A stretch of DNA of 64,000 nucleotides, taken from assembly GCF_035084215.1 (NCBI RefSeq), contig NW_027139401.1, positions 62,001 to 126,000 of the forward strand. The letters are read 5' to 3'. The position numbers and the translations under genes are program-made. The notes beneath the pieces were generated by a model. It was not told where the DNA came from and did no database searches. It saw only the letters and a list, made by a program, of their open reading frames with translations. This document shows, piece after piece, positions 63,501 to 64,000 of the stretch. Each line of letters starts with the position of its first letter. Position 1 is the stretch's first letter. Source of the stretch: Heptranchias perlo (Eukaryota).

Positions 63501-63532
63501 ATTATTCATTCTCTACAAGAATAAAGAAACAA
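57503..63532 (+). CDS. CD2/SLAM-family IgSF receptor, gene 4, 3'-incomplete in window. Exons: 57503-57569, 59916-60236, 61228-61515, and a distinct TM exon 63437-63532
   Basis: Leader, V and C2 exons are paralogous to genes 1-3. The next exon has acceptor tttctcctccccag and donor gtaagt, is 96 nt, phase 1-1, and encodes GTQSSTATVVIVLMLVILLAGLLFILYKNKET. Cytoplasmic exons lie beyond the window. Confidence 0.85.
58580..59722 (-). repeat. 63/64-bp minisatellite array in intron 1 of gene 4
   Basis: About 18 units, nearly identical to the gene 3 array. Confidence 0.95.
62255..63365. repeat. 15-16-bp purine-rich tandem repeat in intron 3 of gene 4
   Basis: Units ggaggggaggggatt, ggaggggaagggaatt and ggaggcgaggggaatt. 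Confidence 0.92.
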
Positions 63533-63694
63533 GTAAGTCGCTGAACCCTAAAATTCCTGGGTCTGAGGAGCTCCCGATTCTGGGGGTGTGCGGGGAATTG
63601 TGTCAGTACTGTTTGGGGCAGCAAACCTTCCTGCCAAAGGTCCTCCCCCTTTAATTCCCCTCCATCGGCCTCGCCCCTCCCCATCTCTGTAACT

Positions 63695-64000
63695 GGGTAC
63701 AGTTCTGGTCTCCTAACCTAAGGAAGGATAGACTTGACTTCGAGGGGGGGCAACGAAGGTTCACTGGATTGATTCCTGGGATGAGAGGGTTGTCCTATGA
63801 GGAGAGATTGAGTGGAATGGGCCGATACTCTCTGGAGTTTAGAAGAATGAGAGGTGATCTTATTGAAACATATAAGATTCTGAGGGGGCTTGAGAGGGTA
63901 GATGCTGAGAGGCTGTTTCCCCCTTGGCTGGAGAGTCTAGAACGAGGGGGCATCGTCTCAGGATAAGGGGTCGGACATTTAGGACCGAGATGAGGAACAG
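63695..64000 (+). mobile_element. CR1 LINE ORF2 C-terminal fragment, truncated by the window end
   Basis: IPGMRGLSYEERL...YSLEFRRMRGDLIETYKILRG. Confidence 0.85.

Noticed and set aside
62187-63509. Extensin-like Pro-rich and Gly-rich ORFs
   Set aside because: Low-complexity intronic repeat that is open in most frames.

Overview
Vertebrate genomic DNA, most likely a cartilaginous fish (inferred from shark-type CR1/L2 LINEs, a Deu-domain tRNA SINE and a 63-bp minisatellite). The window holds a head-to-tail array of four + strand, intron-containing CD2/SLAM-family immunoglobulin-superfamily receptor genes with ATGs at 7749, 22140, 41991 and 57503. Each has a leader, a cysteine-less IgV, a four-cysteine IgC2 and a TM exon. 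Genes 1-3 share one TM and cytoplasmic module (single Tyr, YVN). Gene 4 has a near-identical ectodomain spliced to an unrelated TM exon. Diagnostic SNPs show genes 2 and 3 are hybrids (gene-4-type 5' half, gene-1-type 3' half) joined in a 95-bp intronic repeat. Copies differ mostly by amino-acid-changing substitutions, including N-glycan sequons. Arrays of the 63-bp minisatellite bracket the ectodomain exons in direct orientation and the promoter in inverted orientation. An orphan minus-strand exon behind the inverted array could supply a third, GPI-signal-like C-terminus (speculative). Each gene has a run of exactly 129 N at the same place in intron 1. Nearly all long ORFs in the supplied track are artefacts of tandem repeats or decayed LINEs.
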